Position numbers and translations under genes: made by a program. Source: an uncultured bacterium (GTDB lineage Bacteria; Oederibacteriota; PGYV01; CAWJRG01). From it: a stretch of 64,000 bases of DNA. The notes under the pieces are model-generated. The model was not told the origin of the DNA, searched no databases, and saw only the letters and a list, made by a program, of their open reading frames with translations. The stretch is from contig CAWJRG010000010.1 of NCBI GenBank assembly GCA_963845185.1, forward strand, positions 512,001 to 576,000. The letters run 5' to 3'. Of the stretch, positions 9,602 through 19,065 are shown one piece after another; the stretch's first letter is position 1; each line of letters starts with the position of its first letter.

Positions 9602-10597
9602 TTATTTTCCATACCAGTTTTTATAATAGCTGTTAAAAGCCTTGCCTTTTAGTTTTATCCACCATTCTTTATTGTCTTTATACCAGTCTATCGTCTTTTT
9701 CAGTGCTTGGTTAAAATTGTACTTTGGTTTCCAGCCCATTTTTTTTATTTTTGCCGAATCAAGAGCGTATCGCCTGTCGTGGGCAGGCCTGTCTTTCACC
9801 GGTTTTATCAAAGTACCTGGTTTATGCAGTATTCTTGTTATTTCCTTTGCGACTTCTATATTCGGAACCTCGACATTGCCGCCTATATTGTATACTTCGC
9901 CATTCCTGCCTTTGCGTAACACATAGTCAATGCCTCTGCAATTGTCCCCGACATATATCCAGTTCCTTACATTTTTTCCGTCGCCGTACAAAGGAAGATC
10001 CTTGTCTTCAAGAGCGTTTGTTATAAATAGTGGTATAAATTTCTCGGGATGCTGGTAAGGACCGAAGTTATTCGAGCTCCTTGTAATTACCACAGGCACA
10101 TTAAAAGTTTTGTAGTAAGAAAGTGCTATTAAATCCGCAGCTGCCTTTGACGCCGAATAAGGGCTTGTGGGGTCAATCTGGTCGCCTTCCTTTGATTTCC
10201 CTGATTTTATGCTGCCATAAACCTCGTCTGTCGATATCTGAATAAATTTTTTCACCCTGTATTTTTTCGCTGCTTCAAGAAGGTTGTTTGTGCCTTTTAC
10301 GTTTGTCTCGACAAATATATCCGGGTTGATTATTGACCTGTCAACATGGGTTTCCGCGGCAAAATTGATTACAGCATCGGCGTTTTTGACAGCTTTATCC
10401 ACTTCCTTTATGTCCCTTATATCGCCTTTTATAAATTTAAAATTTTTATATTCGCCGAACCTTTTTATTGTATCCGGATTTGAAGCATAAGTTAAAAGGT
10501 CAAAAACCTCCAGTTTAAGGTTCTTGTATTTTTTCAGCATGTATTCCGTAAAATTAGAGCCTATGAACCCCGCCCCGCCTGTTATCAGTATTCTCAA
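9602..10597 (-). CDS. rfbB: dTDP-glucose 4,6-dehydratase
   Basis: TGGAGFIGSNF, FAAETHVDRS, ISTDEVYG, YSASKA. Confidence 0.95.
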   Translation of the reverse strand: MRILITGGAGFIGSNFTEYMLKKYKNLKLEVFDLLTYASNPDTIKRFGEYKNFKFIKGDIRDIKEVDKAVKNADAVINFAAETHVDRSIINPDIFVETNVKGTNNLLEAAKKYRVKKFIQISTDEVYGSIKSGKSKEGDQIDPTSPYSASKAAADLIALSYYKTFNVPVVITRSSNNFGPYQHPEKFIPLFITNALEDKDLPLYGDGKNVRNWIYVGDNCRGIDYVLRKGRNGEVYNIGGNVEVPNIEVAKEITRILHKPGTLIKPVKDRPAHDRRYALDSAKIKKMGWKPKYNFNQALKKTIDWYKDNKEWWIKLKGKAFNSYYKNWYGK

Positions 10598-10608
10598 ACC
10601 TGCCTCCT

Positions 10609-11064
10609 TTATCTGTCTTTCCTTGCCCAGTCATACGGTATCTCGCCGTTGTGGGCTTCAACCCTGAATTCGTCCGGTTTCTTGCTGTTATATGGCTCGG
10701 TGCATGTGTTTATTATTATCGCTTCCTCTTCTGATATTCCTTTAAAGCCGTGATGAACATAAGGCGGTACCTGTACCAGCATGGTGTTGTGCTTCCCTAA
10801 AAAAAACTCGTTTATCTCGCCTTTTGTTTTTGATTTTTCCCGCCAGTCATATAACACAAGCTTTATCATGCCCTGTACCACAAAAAAATTGTCATATTGT
10901 TTTTTATGGTAATGCCATCCTTTCACCACACCCGGATACACTGTAGTCATATATACCTGCCCAAATTTAACAAACAGATCGTCGTCGTTCCTTAATATCT
11001 CCACCAGTCTTCCGCGTTCATCAGGAATTACTTTTAAATTTTTTACCCTAACTCCTTGTATCAT
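10609..11064 (-). CDS. rfbC: dTDP-4-dehydrorhamnose 3,5-epimerase family
   Basis: DERG, GWHYH, VPPYVHHGF cupin motifs; start MIQGV follows GAGG RBS. Confidence 0.88.
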   Translation of the reverse strand: MIQGVRVKNLKVIPDERGRLVEILRNDDDLFVKFGQVYMTTVYPGVVKGWHYHKKQYDNFFVVQGMIKLVLYDWREKSKTKGEINEFFLGKHNTMLVQVPPYVHHGFKGISEEEAIIINTCTEPYNSKKPDEFRVEAHNGEIPYDWARKDR

Positions 11065-11080
11065 TGTAAAACCTCCGCTC

Positions 11081-11149
11081 AATGTTTAATGTTGAAAGTT
11101 TAATGTTAGAGTCTTAAACCTTGAACATTTAACTTTAAACCTTAAACTG
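11081..11149. repeat. Palindromic heptamer-period repeat
   Basis: (GTTTAAT)n-like left arm and (TTAAACN)n-like right arm; related arrays at 38425 and 63672. Confidence 0.7.
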
Positions 11150-11153
11150 GTTT

Positions 11154-11885
11154 TTATATATGGTTCGCTCCATGCTTTGCCACAAATATATTTGCCTCTA
11201 AAAGCGCATCTTTTGATTCGCCGCAGTCTTTCCACCAGCCGTCAAGTATATTGCAGGACAATTCATTTCTTTTTAAGTAAGCGTTATTGACATCGGTAAT
11301 CTCAAGCTCGCCTCTCTTTGAAGGTTTCAGTTTTTCTGTTATTTCAAAAACGTCAGGTGAGTAAAAATAAATGCCTATTACGGCAAAATTTGTCTTAGGC
11401 TTTCTTGGCTTTTCCACTATTTTTTTTATTTTTTTGCCTTTAAACTCGGCAACTCCGTATTCGCGCGGATTTTTCACCTCTTTTAGAATAACTTTTGCGC
11501 CGGATTTTTGCTTCCTGAATTCCTGCGCGAATTTTTTAATGTTTTTTTCGATAATATTATCCCCCAACGCCACTATCATCTTGTGATCGCCAACAAACTC
11601 CTGGGCCAGCTTCAACGCATCTGCTATCCCGCCTTCGCCTTCCTGATAGGCGTAATGAATATGGCTCAAACCGAATTCTTTTCCGTTGCCAAGTAACCGT
11701 AAAAAATCCCCGGAATTATTTCCGCCGGTCACTATCATGATATCGTCTATACCGGCCTTTACAAGCATTTCAATCGGGTAATATATCATGGGTTTGTCAT
11801 AAACAGGCAGTAAATGCTTGTTTGTTATGCGGGTCAGGGGATGTAATCTTGTTCCCAAACCTCCAGCCAGAATTATTCCTTTCAT
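11154..11885 (-). CDS. rfbA: Glucose-1-phosphate thymidylyltransferase (short form)
   Basis: ILAGGLGTRL, KHLLPVYDKPMI, PSKRGELEITD. Confidence 0.92.
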   Translation of the reverse strand: MKGIILAGGLGTRLHPLTRITNKHLLPVYDKPMIYYPIEMLVKAGIDDIMIVTGGNNSGDFLRLLGNGKEFGLSHIHYAYQEGEGGIADALKLAQEFVGDHKMIVALGDNIIEKNIKKFAQEFRKQKSGAKVILKEVKNPREYGVAEFKGKKIKKIVEKPRKPKTNFAVIGIYFYSPDVFEITEKLKPSKRGELEITDVNNAYLKRNELSCNILDGWWKDCGESKDALLEANIFVAKHGANHI

Positions 11886-11901
11886 TTTTCACCATTTATT
11901 T

Positions 11902-11929
11902 GTAGAGACGTTATGCATAACGTCTCTAC
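11902..11929. repeat. GTAG-type REP palindrome
   Basis: GTAGAGACGTTATGCATAACGTCTCTAC, perfect 28-bp palindrome. Confidence 0.9.
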
Positions 11930-11951
11930 TTTTGATTAAAAACTTACGCTA

Positions 11952-11980
11952 ATTATATAAAATAATGCTTGTTTTATCAA
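11952..11980 (-). promoter_or_regulatory. Sigma70 promoter of the rfb operon
   Basis: Minus strand TTGATA-17bp-TATAAT. Confidence 0.65.
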
Positions 11981-12231
11981 TAGTTATTGCTTTAAAACAC
12001 GGAGGGCTAAAGGGGCCTGAAACGCTGTATGAATATGGATTTGCTTTCAGGCTCGTGGATGGCGCGGGTAAAGGCCTCGTTTATCCGCAGAAGTTTTTAC
12101 GAAGGCGAAAATGCAGGAAAAATTTCTGGTGTATCTTTAGAGAAAGTGTAAACTTCAGCGCAGCCGGATTGAAATTAAAGAGCTTTTCTTTACACGTACG
12201 TACGAATCAAGGTCTCGCAGTAGATTTTTCC

Positions 12232-13821
12232 CTATCTATTAATTAAAAATATCTTTCCCGTGAAAACCTGGCCATTTGAATTATTAGCGATAATATAATA
12301 ATAAATACCAGAAGAAATATAGTTGCCGTAGCTATTTTTCCCGTTCCATATCACCATACCGCCCGCATGGCTGATTGTTATAACTAATTCTGCTGAAATG
12401 GTGTATATGAACACGGTCGATTCAGGGTACAGGTTCGCGAATTTTAATGTTCCTTTATGGGGATTGTAAGGGTTCGGATAGATAAGCAGGTCTCCAACAG
12501 GCCACGGCGTCATAGTCGGTGTAATTGTGGCTGTCCGGGTGATGGTCAGCGTGATTGTGAATGTATGGGTGACGGTAAAAGTTGGCGTTATTGTGGATGT
12601 TTGTGTGATTGTATTTGTGATGGTAAAAGTCGGCGTTATGGTGAAAATTTTCGTCATAATAAATGTCGGAGTATCGGTATAAGTCCGGGTGCATGAATAT
12701 GTCGCTATAATGGTCAAAGTTGTAGTTTCTGTATTAGTCGCTGTCATTGTCGGTATACATGTTGAAGTCAATGTAATCACCGGCGTGGCGCTTATTGTCG
12801 GCGTTTCGGTTATAATCAATGTTGCGGTCGCCAAGTTTGACGGTGTTGCACTTGGTGTGGCGGTAAATGTGTCCGTATAAGTATTTGTAACTGTTATAAT
12901 CAGGCTTGGTGTAAATGTATTGGTTGGCGTCAGCGTATATGTGTAGGTATCTGTTAGGGTAATCGTGGCCGTGCCTGTATATGTCCATGTGCATGTGTAT
13001 GTTGCGGTTATGGTATCGGTTATTGTGCTGGTTGGAGTAAATGTTGGGCTGAAGCAAGCGTCATCAGAAATAAGCTCAAAATCCGCAGTTATTAAACCCG
13101 ACCCTGAGCTATTTGAGTTTATTACATACGTGAAGCCCGGAGCATAATTGCCCGGAGCATTAGTTATTTGGTCGTAACTCAGTAAAGACCTGTCCGTATT
13201 GTTGCATTCTACAAACAATCGTATATTCAATGAGCTGTCTGTCGTTACGGTAACCGGATCGCCCCTGATTGCGAGTACCCCTGTTACCAGGCTGTTTGCT
13301 GTTGTCGTGGTAATAGTTGTTGAAAAATATGTCGTGCGTGAAACACTATTATAGGATAATGTTATTTGGCTGACCGACATTGCTCCGATTGTGCAGACAT
13401 TATAGTAACTAACCGCATCCATTATGGCGAAATCTGATGCAGAAAGAGTAATGCTTATGGGAAAATTGCCAGCCGGAGGTTTTGCCAGGGCATAAATTTC
13501 CATAGCAAACGGTTCAATAGTATCCGCAATCAAGTCTACGAAATTCATAGGAATATTGTCGTACGACATTGCGCTGACTGTCGGCGTAATTAATGTTCCT
13601 AAAGGTACACTATACACGGGTATTTCGTGCACATACACAAGAAGCATCCCGTCCGGGCCGCATGTATTTATTTTTGCGGACAGGTTGCTTGTTGTATTTT
13701 CATCGTCAGCAGATGCGCTGTCGCAGTAGGTAACCGGCGCCGCATGTAGGCCGTCAAAAAAAGCAATGCTAAAAATTAAAACCTGAAGGGCAACAGTAGT
13801 TTTAATTATTTGAATTTTTAT
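12232..13821 (-). CDS. Secreted protein with long Thr/Pro linker and C-terminal FlgD-Ig/T9SS-type-A-like sorting domain; probable non-canonical start
   Basis: TxTxTP repeats; C-term YPNPYNP...IYTISAELV...WNGKN...SGIYYY. Frame is open upstream of ATG 13647 to ATA 13821, which follows GGAGG and encodes a signal peptide. Confidence 0.8.
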   Translation of the reverse strand: MKIQIIKTTVALQVLIFSIAFFDGLHAAPVTYCDSASADDENTTSNLSAKINTCGPDGMLLVYVHEIPVYSVPLGTLITPTVSAMSYDNIPMNFVDLIADTIEPFAMEIYALAKPPAGNFPISITLSASDFAIMDAVSYYNVCTIGAMSVSQITLSYNSVSRTTYFSTTITTTTANSLVTGVLAIRGDPVTVTTDSSLNIRLFVECNNTDRSLLSYDQITNAPGNYAPGFTYVINSNSSGSGLITADFELISDDACFSPTFTPTSTITDTITATYTCTWTYTGTATITLTDTYTYTLTPTNTFTPSLIITVTNTYTDTFTATPSATPSNLATATLIITETPTISATPVITLTSTCIPTMTATNTETTTLTIIATYSCTRTYTDTPTFIMTKIFTITPTFTITNTITQTSTITPTFTVTHTFTITLTITRTATITPTMTPWPVGDLLIYPNPYNPHKGTLKFANLYPESTVFIYTISAELVITISHAGGMVIWNGKNSYGNYISSGIYYYIIANNSNGQVFTGKIFLINR

Positions 13822-13844
13822 ATATCCTCCATTTTGTTAAATAC

Positions 13845-13888
13845 AGTCTCTTGGTTTTAAAACTTAGAGACAAGGAAACTAAGAGACC
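13845..13888. repeat. Palindromic octamer-period repeat
   Basis: GTCTCTTGGTTT...AAACTAAGAGAC; related to 33224-33311. Confidence 0.6.
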
Positions 13889-13895
13889 AGGATAT

Positions 13896-14735
13896 TTATT
13901 TCCCAAAAATATCATTTAAAAGCTTTGCCAGCCTGATGCCTGCCTTTTTAAACTGCTCCTCAACTATCGGCCGCATACTTGAGTAATAATCTTTATCCAA
14001 TCTTACATCGTATTTTGTTGGGCCCGGATACGGAAAATCTTTGTATATTTTGGACTTTGCGACCCAGTAGCTCTCGAGCGCCCAGTCCTCAATTGACCCG
14101 TATTCCCATTTATTCCTGTCGGTTTTTGTAATTGATTTTTCAAGGTAAGCGGCAAAATCTTTCGGGTTTTCGACCGGCTCATATTCAATCAGGCAGTCCC
14201 AGAGCGCATGCAGGCTTATAGTGTTTCCATAGCTGTCTTCAGCAGGTATATAAAGCCTCACAACTTTTTTGTTTCCGCCACTGTCCGAATCGTTTGCACA
14301 GTGCAAAGGCATATGTATATCGCCGATAAAATGCACAAGGAATTTCAAATCTTCGTATCGCGTCTTTTTATCCATATTTTTGTTTTTTAGTTCGGATATT
14401 TCCTTATTTATCTGCGAAACAATGCAGTTGTTATAATAACAATATCTCATGACAACATTTTTGGTTATGTCTTTTCTTATCGGAAGGTTGATAAAATGCC
14501 AGAAGCCTGTTTCAGAATATTCAGGTTGGTTTCTTGCGTCATCCGCCCAAGTAGAAATATACGCAAGGTTCCTGTCGCCGTTTTCAGCGAGAATGTTATC
14601 GATTTTTTGTCTGGTTTTAGCGGTCAAATGGTCTTCAGCTATATAGGCTATTGCCCTGTGTCCGATAGCTCCCCAGCTAAAGCCCCATACAGGCAGGCTC
14701 AAAGCTAAAACAACAAGAATAAATCTTTTTCGTAT
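13896..14735 (-). CDS. S1/P1 nuclease
   Basis: WGAIGH, STWAD, WHFIN, HFIGDIHMPLH, LHALWD; signal peptide is complete only if translation starts near 14735. Confidence 0.92.
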   Translation of the reverse strand: MRKRFILVVLALSLPVWGFSWGAIGHRAIAYIAEDHLTAKTRQKIDNILAENGDRNLAYISTWADDARNQPEYSETGFWHFINLPIRKDITKNVVMRYCYYNNCIVSQINKEISELKNKNMDKKTRYEDLKFLVHFIGDIHMPLHCANDSDSGGNKKVVRLYIPAEDSYGNTISLHALWDCLIEYEPVENPKDFAAYLEKSITKTDRNKWEYGSIEDWALESYWVAKSKIYKDFPYPGPTKYDVRLDKDYYSSMRPIVEEQFKKAGIRLAKLLNDIFGK

Positions 14736-14764
14736 GCTATTAAAAAATTTAATAGTTTGAATTG

Positions 14765-15712
14765 TTATAATTCCGCTATTATTTTCTCAGCCGCAGCATA
14801 ATTATTCTCAATTTCCTTATCACCCGGCTTATAATCTGCAAATTTAACTATATCGCAATCCTTTAAAAAATCAGTGAGTTCTCTTAGTTTTGCCTTGGTT
14901 ATTTTTTTAGAGTCAAGCCTTGTTAATATTTCGAGTGTTGTAAGTTCGGCAAAGGATTCCTTGAAATTTTTGGATAAAAATTCCCTCACTGTTTCGTATA
15001 TTTCGTAATAAAAGGCCTTGCTGTCCCCTTCTTTGATGAGATTTTTTGCCTTTTTAAGCCTTTTTAATGCGTTCTCCCTGAAATCTGTATCTTCAACAAC
15101 AACCGGCTTTTCCTCGGGTTTTTTAAATATGTACCTGTATGCTACAATAACCGCTGTTATAAATATTGCAATCAATATTAAATACGGCGGGTAATCACCA
15201 AGCCTAAACTCAAGGTTTAATTTTATTTCCTTGATATCGCTGTATGCCTGCTGGGTAATTATTGCCGTAGGGGTTTCCTGCTGGCCTGTGTAAACTTTTT
15301 TCCCGCTCGTGACATGAATGGTTATAGGTTTTGTTTGTATTACATCGTATTGCTTTGTCACAGGGTTAAGTACCTGTATTTTTGCCGGTTTAATTATAAT
15401 GTCACCCTGCTTAATTGCCATAAGTTCAAAATCCTGCTGGTTTGTAATGTTGGCGCTTGAGTTAATAATGCTTATACTGCTCTGGGAGGATGTCCCCATT
15501 ACCCTGAATCCGGCAAAATCCGGAGCCTGGACAGCAGGCGACTGCTGGTTATTGCCCTGCCTTTTAATCACAAGGCTGTACCTTACTACATCGCCAAGCT
15601 TGACGTTTGTTTTGTCAACCGTCGCCTCTGCCTGCACAAGATTTTGTGCAAACAAAACGCTGCACAAAAAAATAAAAAAAGTACTTGCCAAAATTATCTT
15701 TCCTGCTTTCAT
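14765..15712 (-). CDS. BatD-family protein
   Basis: Signal peptide, ATVDK...Ig domain, TM helix, C-terminal DIVKFA. Confidence 0.75.
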   Translation of the reverse strand: MKAGKIILASTFFIFLCSVLFAQNLVQAEATVDKTNVKLGDVVRYSLVIKRQGNNQQSPAVQAPDFAGFRVMGTSSQSSISIINSSANITNQQDFELMAIKQGDIIIKPAKIQVLNPVTKQYDVIQTKPITIHVTSGKKVYTGQQETPTAIITQQAYSDIKEIKLNLEFRLGDYPPYLILIAIFITAVIVAYRYIFKKPEEKPVVVEDTDFRENALKRLKKAKNLIKEGDSKAFYYEIYETVREFLSKNFKESFAELTTLEILTRLDSKKITKAKLRELTDFLKDCDIVKFADYKPGDKEIENNYAAAEKIIAEL

Positions 15713-15754
15713 TTTCGAAAAATTCCTTTCTTCGTTTTTTTATAAATTCATTAT

Positions 15755-16597
15755 TTAAGCCGATGCCCTTATTACAAGCTCAGGCTTAAAAAGTATTTTT
15801 TTAGGCTCTTTTAAAATTTCTTTCTTGTCAAAAACAGCAGTTTCGTAAGCCTTAATCGCCATTTGTTCAATTGGCTGTTTTATCGTGGTAAGCGGGGGTT
15901 TCGCAGTTTTTGCTGCGTCTACATCGTCATATCCTATTAAGGCAATATCTTCAGGCACTCTGATTTTATAATCCCTAATACTTTTTAGAATACCCAGCGC
16001 GCACATATCCCCGGCCGCGCAGAAAATGGCGTCAATATCTTTTTTTTCGTTTTTAAATTTTTCAAAGGCTTCCGTACCTTCATTATATGCATAACTAATT
16101 ACCTCTATTAGATTGCCTTCATTAAATCCAATACTGCTGTCATCCAGTGCTCTTTTAAAGCCGTTAAAACGCATTTGAGCATTGTACCCGCCCTGAATTT
16201 TCATTCTGCCCGAGACAATGGCTATTTTTTTTCTGCCGGTTTTGATAAGGTACATAGCAGCTATGTGACCTCCTGCAAAATTATCGGTTGTAATTGTCGT
16301 ATGCCCCTCGACTTCCTCATCTATTAAAACAACTGGCACTCCTGAAATCCTGTATTCGTCAAGTATATCTTTGTCCGGCTTGACACACACGCCGATTAAC
16401 GCAATTGGTTTTTCCCTCTCAAGCACCCTTTTGAGCTTTTCCTTTTCGGGTTCCGCCAGCCCCGAAGTTGAAACCTGATAAAGTGCATATTCCGGGTCCA
16501 GCCTTGCTTCGACGCTTTTTAGTATTTGCGCCGGGAATACGTGCGAAAAATTCGCTGCCGCTATCGCTATAACAGGTTTAATTTTTTCTTCAGCCAT
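15755..16597 (-). CDS. LacI-type ligand-binding domain protein lacking an HTH
   Basis: TDNFAGG, DAIFCAAGD, VPEDIALIGYDD, PPLTTIKQP. Confidence 0.85.
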   Translation of the reverse strand: MAEEKIKPVIAIAAANFSHVFPAQILKSVEARLDPEYALYQVSTSGLAEPEKEKLKRVLEREKPIALIGVCVKPDKDILDEYRISGVPVVLIDEEVEGHTTITTDNFAGGHIAAMYLIKTGRKKIAIVSGRMKIQGGYNAQMRFNGFKRALDDSSIGFNEGNLIEVISYAYNEGTEAFEKFKNEKKDIDAIFCAAGDMCALGILKSIRDYKIRVPEDIALIGYDDVDAAKTAKPPLTTIKQPIEQMAIKAYETAVFDKKEILKEPKKILFKPELVIRASA

Positions 16598-16611
16598 TAT
16601 GAACCCTCAAT

Positions 16612-17049
16612 TCAGAATGTCTTATAAATCTGCAAGCTGTTTTGTTGGAACGCATCCTGGGCAACTTCGATTTTTTCAACTTTTCTTCCGTTTAAAATAA
16701 CTCCCACCACGTCAAAACGAATGAAATAATTAGATATATTATTTTTAACCATATATTCCTGCGCTGCCAGTATTATTTTTTTTTGCTTGTTCAAATCAAC
16801 GGCTTCAAAAGGATGCATGCCCGTGCTTTTTTCCCTTGCCTTTACTTCCACAAAAGTAATTAACTTGTTTTTTTCATCCTCTGCAATTATATCGATTTCG
16901 CCGTATTTTGAGTAAAAATTCCTCTTTATTATATTGTAACCTCTTTTTTTAAGGTAATTTACTACTTCCCCTTCATAAAAATTTCCCTTTTCTCTTCTGC
17001 TGATTTCGCCGTTATACATATTTATCACATCCTTTAGCGTATTTGACAA
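16612..17049 (-). CDS. yraN: YraN family endonuclease-fold protein
   Basis: KGNFYE, RNF...GEIDII, FVEVK, RFDVV. Confidence 0.9.
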   Translation of the reverse strand: MSNTLKDVINMYNGEISRREKGNFYEGEVVNYLKKRGYNIIKRNFYSKYGEIDIIAEDEKNKLITFVEVKAREKSTGMHPFEAVDLNKQKKIILAAQEYMVKNNISNYFIRFDVVGVILNGRKVEKIEVAQDAFQQNSLQIYKTF

Positions 17050-17066
17050 TCGGTTTCCTTCACGTT

Positions 17067-17690
17067 TTATCGTATATCCATCACATTTTTCACAGGTTTA
17101 TATGATTTCCTGTGTATTTCGCATACACCATATTTGCGTAAAGCTTTTAGGTGCGCCGATGTGCCATATCCCTTGTGCCTTGAAAACCCGTATTGAGGAT
17201 AAATTTTATCCTGTTCCCTCATTATTTTGTCTCTGTGCACCTTTGCAATAACTGACGCCGCGGCAATTGACATACTTTTGGCGTCTCCGTCCTCTATCGT
17301 TTTAATATTCAAATTTTTTACACCCGGGTTATTCCTGCCGTCAACAAGCACAATGTCGGGCGCGGGGCTTAATTTGCCTATTGCCTTCCTCATGGCCAAA
17401 AGGCTTGCTTGTAATATGTTGATTTCGTCAATTACCGTGCTGTTGATTTCCTCGATTGCGTAAGAAATACATGCTGAAATAATTATGTCAAACAATTTTT
17501 CGCGTTTTTTTTCCGCTATCTTTTTTGAATCGTCCACATCGCCGAGCGTGAATAACCTATTTTTATCAAGTATAACGGCAGCCGCGACAACAGGGCCTGC
17601 CCACGGCCCGACCCCGACTTCATCCACGCCCGCAATAACGCCCTGGTATTTCGAATCAAAATCGCAAAGGTTTTGGTAATTTTTTGACAT
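17067..17690 (-). CDS. rnhB: Ribonuclease HII
   Basis: GVDEVGVGPWAGPV, DSKK, GDAKS..IAAAS..AK, HKGYGT. Confidence 0.95.
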   Translation of the reverse strand: MSKNYQNLCDFDSKYQGVIAGVDEVGVGPWAGPVVAAAVILDKNRLFTLGDVDDSKKIAEKKREKLFDIIISACISYAIEEINSTVIDEINILQASLLAMRKAIGKLSPAPDIVLVDGRNNPGVKNLNIKTIEDGDAKSMSIAAASVIAKVHRDKIMREQDKIYPQYGFSRHKGYGTSAHLKALRKYGVCEIHRKSYKPVKNVMDIR

Positions 17691-17753
17691 TTTTATCCAA
17701 CCTTAATTAATTCTGTTTGCTTTTAAAAGGTAACAACGGATGCCGAAAAAAAA

Positions 17754-17993
17754 TTAATGCATTTTCCCCTTTTTCGGTTCTGCTATACGGACATCCGCCC
17801 TGGCCTGGTTTAAATTATATTCTTCGTATGGTTTGTCGTAAACCGCAATTTCGTTCTTTATTTCTTCAGTTTCCAGTTTTTCAATGATTGCTTCCTCTAT
17901 AAAATCTTTTATATCAATTTCCCTCGAATTGCAAAATTCCTCCATTATTTTAACAAGCCTTGCGTTTAATTTGAAAGCTGTCCTTTTGTCCAT
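17754..17993 (-). CDS. Small hypothetical protein, possibly ribbon-helix-helix
   Basis: KRTAFKLN strand followed by helices (DFIEEAIIEKL); operonic spacing. Confidence 0.55.
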   Translation of the reverse strand: MDKRTAFKLNARLVKIMEEFCNSREIDIKDFIEEAIIEKLETEEIKNEIAVYDKPYEEYNLNQARADVRIAEPKKGKMH

Positions 17994-17995
17994 TT

Positions 17996-18367
17996 TTATT
18001 TCCTCTTCGTTTTGCCCTTTGCAAGTATTTTTTCCACATTTTCTTCATGTTCGCCCCATAATTTTTCGAGCGAATAAAAGTTCCTCAGTTCGGGATCAAA
18101 AATATGTATCAGTACTTCCCCAAAATCCATGACAATCCACGACCTGTCAATGCTTCTGTCTTTATAAAGCAGCTCATAACCTTTCTTTCTCATTTCGCTT
18201 CCAAGGTAATCATGCAGTACATTGATATGGACATTCGACGTGCCGTTGCAAAGCAAAAAATAGTCCCATATGTCTGACGCCTTTTTCACGTTAAACACTT
18301 TTATATCTTCGCCCTTTTTTTCGTTAATAAGCATTATCGCATCAATCAATTTCTGCTTTGCCGTCAT
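17996..18367 (-). CDS. rsfS: Ribosome silencing factor
   Basis: KKGEDI, DYFLLCNG, WIVMDFGEVLIHIF, RNFYSLEKLW. Confidence 0.93.
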   Translation of the reverse strand: MTAKQKLIDAIMLINEKKGEDIKVFNVKKASDIWDYFLLCNGTSNVHINVLHDYLGSEMRKKGYELLYKDRSIDRSWIVMDFGEVLIHIFDPELRNFYSLEKLWGEHEENVEKILAKGKTKRK

Positions 18368-19065
18368 TTTTGCGCGCCGAATTTAAAAAGTAATATGCCC
18401 GCCTGCTCTTCCCTTTTGGCATCTTCCGGCAGTGGATCGAATTGAAGCTTTCTTATCTGGGAAAGCGCCATTTTGTCAAGTTCCGGATACCCGGACGTCC
18501 TTATTAATTTGACACTGCTTATTATTCCGTTTGGCTGGACAACCACTTCTATTGCAAGTTCTGTTTCTTCAGGAAGCTTTTTGGGAAACTGCCAGTCTAT
18601 TTTCTTGTATTTGCGTGTCGCAAGGTCTCCGGTAACGGTTGGAGCCCCTCCTGCCACAACCTCGCCTCCCTGTTCATAAGCTTGTTCATCTGTTGTTTCA
18701 ACTGCTTCCTGCGAGGCTTCTTTAAGGTTGTCCCTCGATATGCCGACATCCTCAAGCATTGCTTTTTGTTTTTGTATTTTTTTCAGGAGTTCTTTTGCGC
18801 TTGTGACTTTCACTTCCGTTTTCTTTTGTGTCTTTTCCTTTATGGCTTCCGGAATTTTTTTCTGTGTCTGTTCAAGGCCTATAACTTTCTCCTCCTGGCC
18901 TTTCTTTCCCATAAAATCTTTGGCGTCAATTAAAGTTACGTCTGTTATGAGCGCCACCTGGCGCGGATTTGATTTTATGAGTATATTCGTTAAAGCCAGT
19001 ATCAGCAGCGCGTGTATCCCGGCTGACAGGGCAAATGAAATAATATCGGTTTTATCTCGGTTCAT
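18364..19065 (-). CDS. TonB/TolA-like energy transducer
   Basis: TM helix with SAGIH (SxxxH), K/E-rich linker, TonB C-terminal domain (PNG...TSGYPELD); start MNRDK. Confidence 0.85.
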   Translation of the reverse strand: MNRDKTDIISFALSAGIHALLILALTNILIKSNPRQVALITDVTLIDAKDFMGKKGQEEKVIGLEQTQKKIPEAIKEKTQKKTEVKVTSAKELLKKIQKQKAMLEDVGISRDNLKEASQEAVETTDEQAYEQGGEVVAGGAPTVTGDLATRKYKKIDWQFPKKLPEETELAIEVVVQPNGIISSVKLIRTSGYPELDKMALSQIRKLQFDPLPEDAKREEQAGILLFKFGAQK

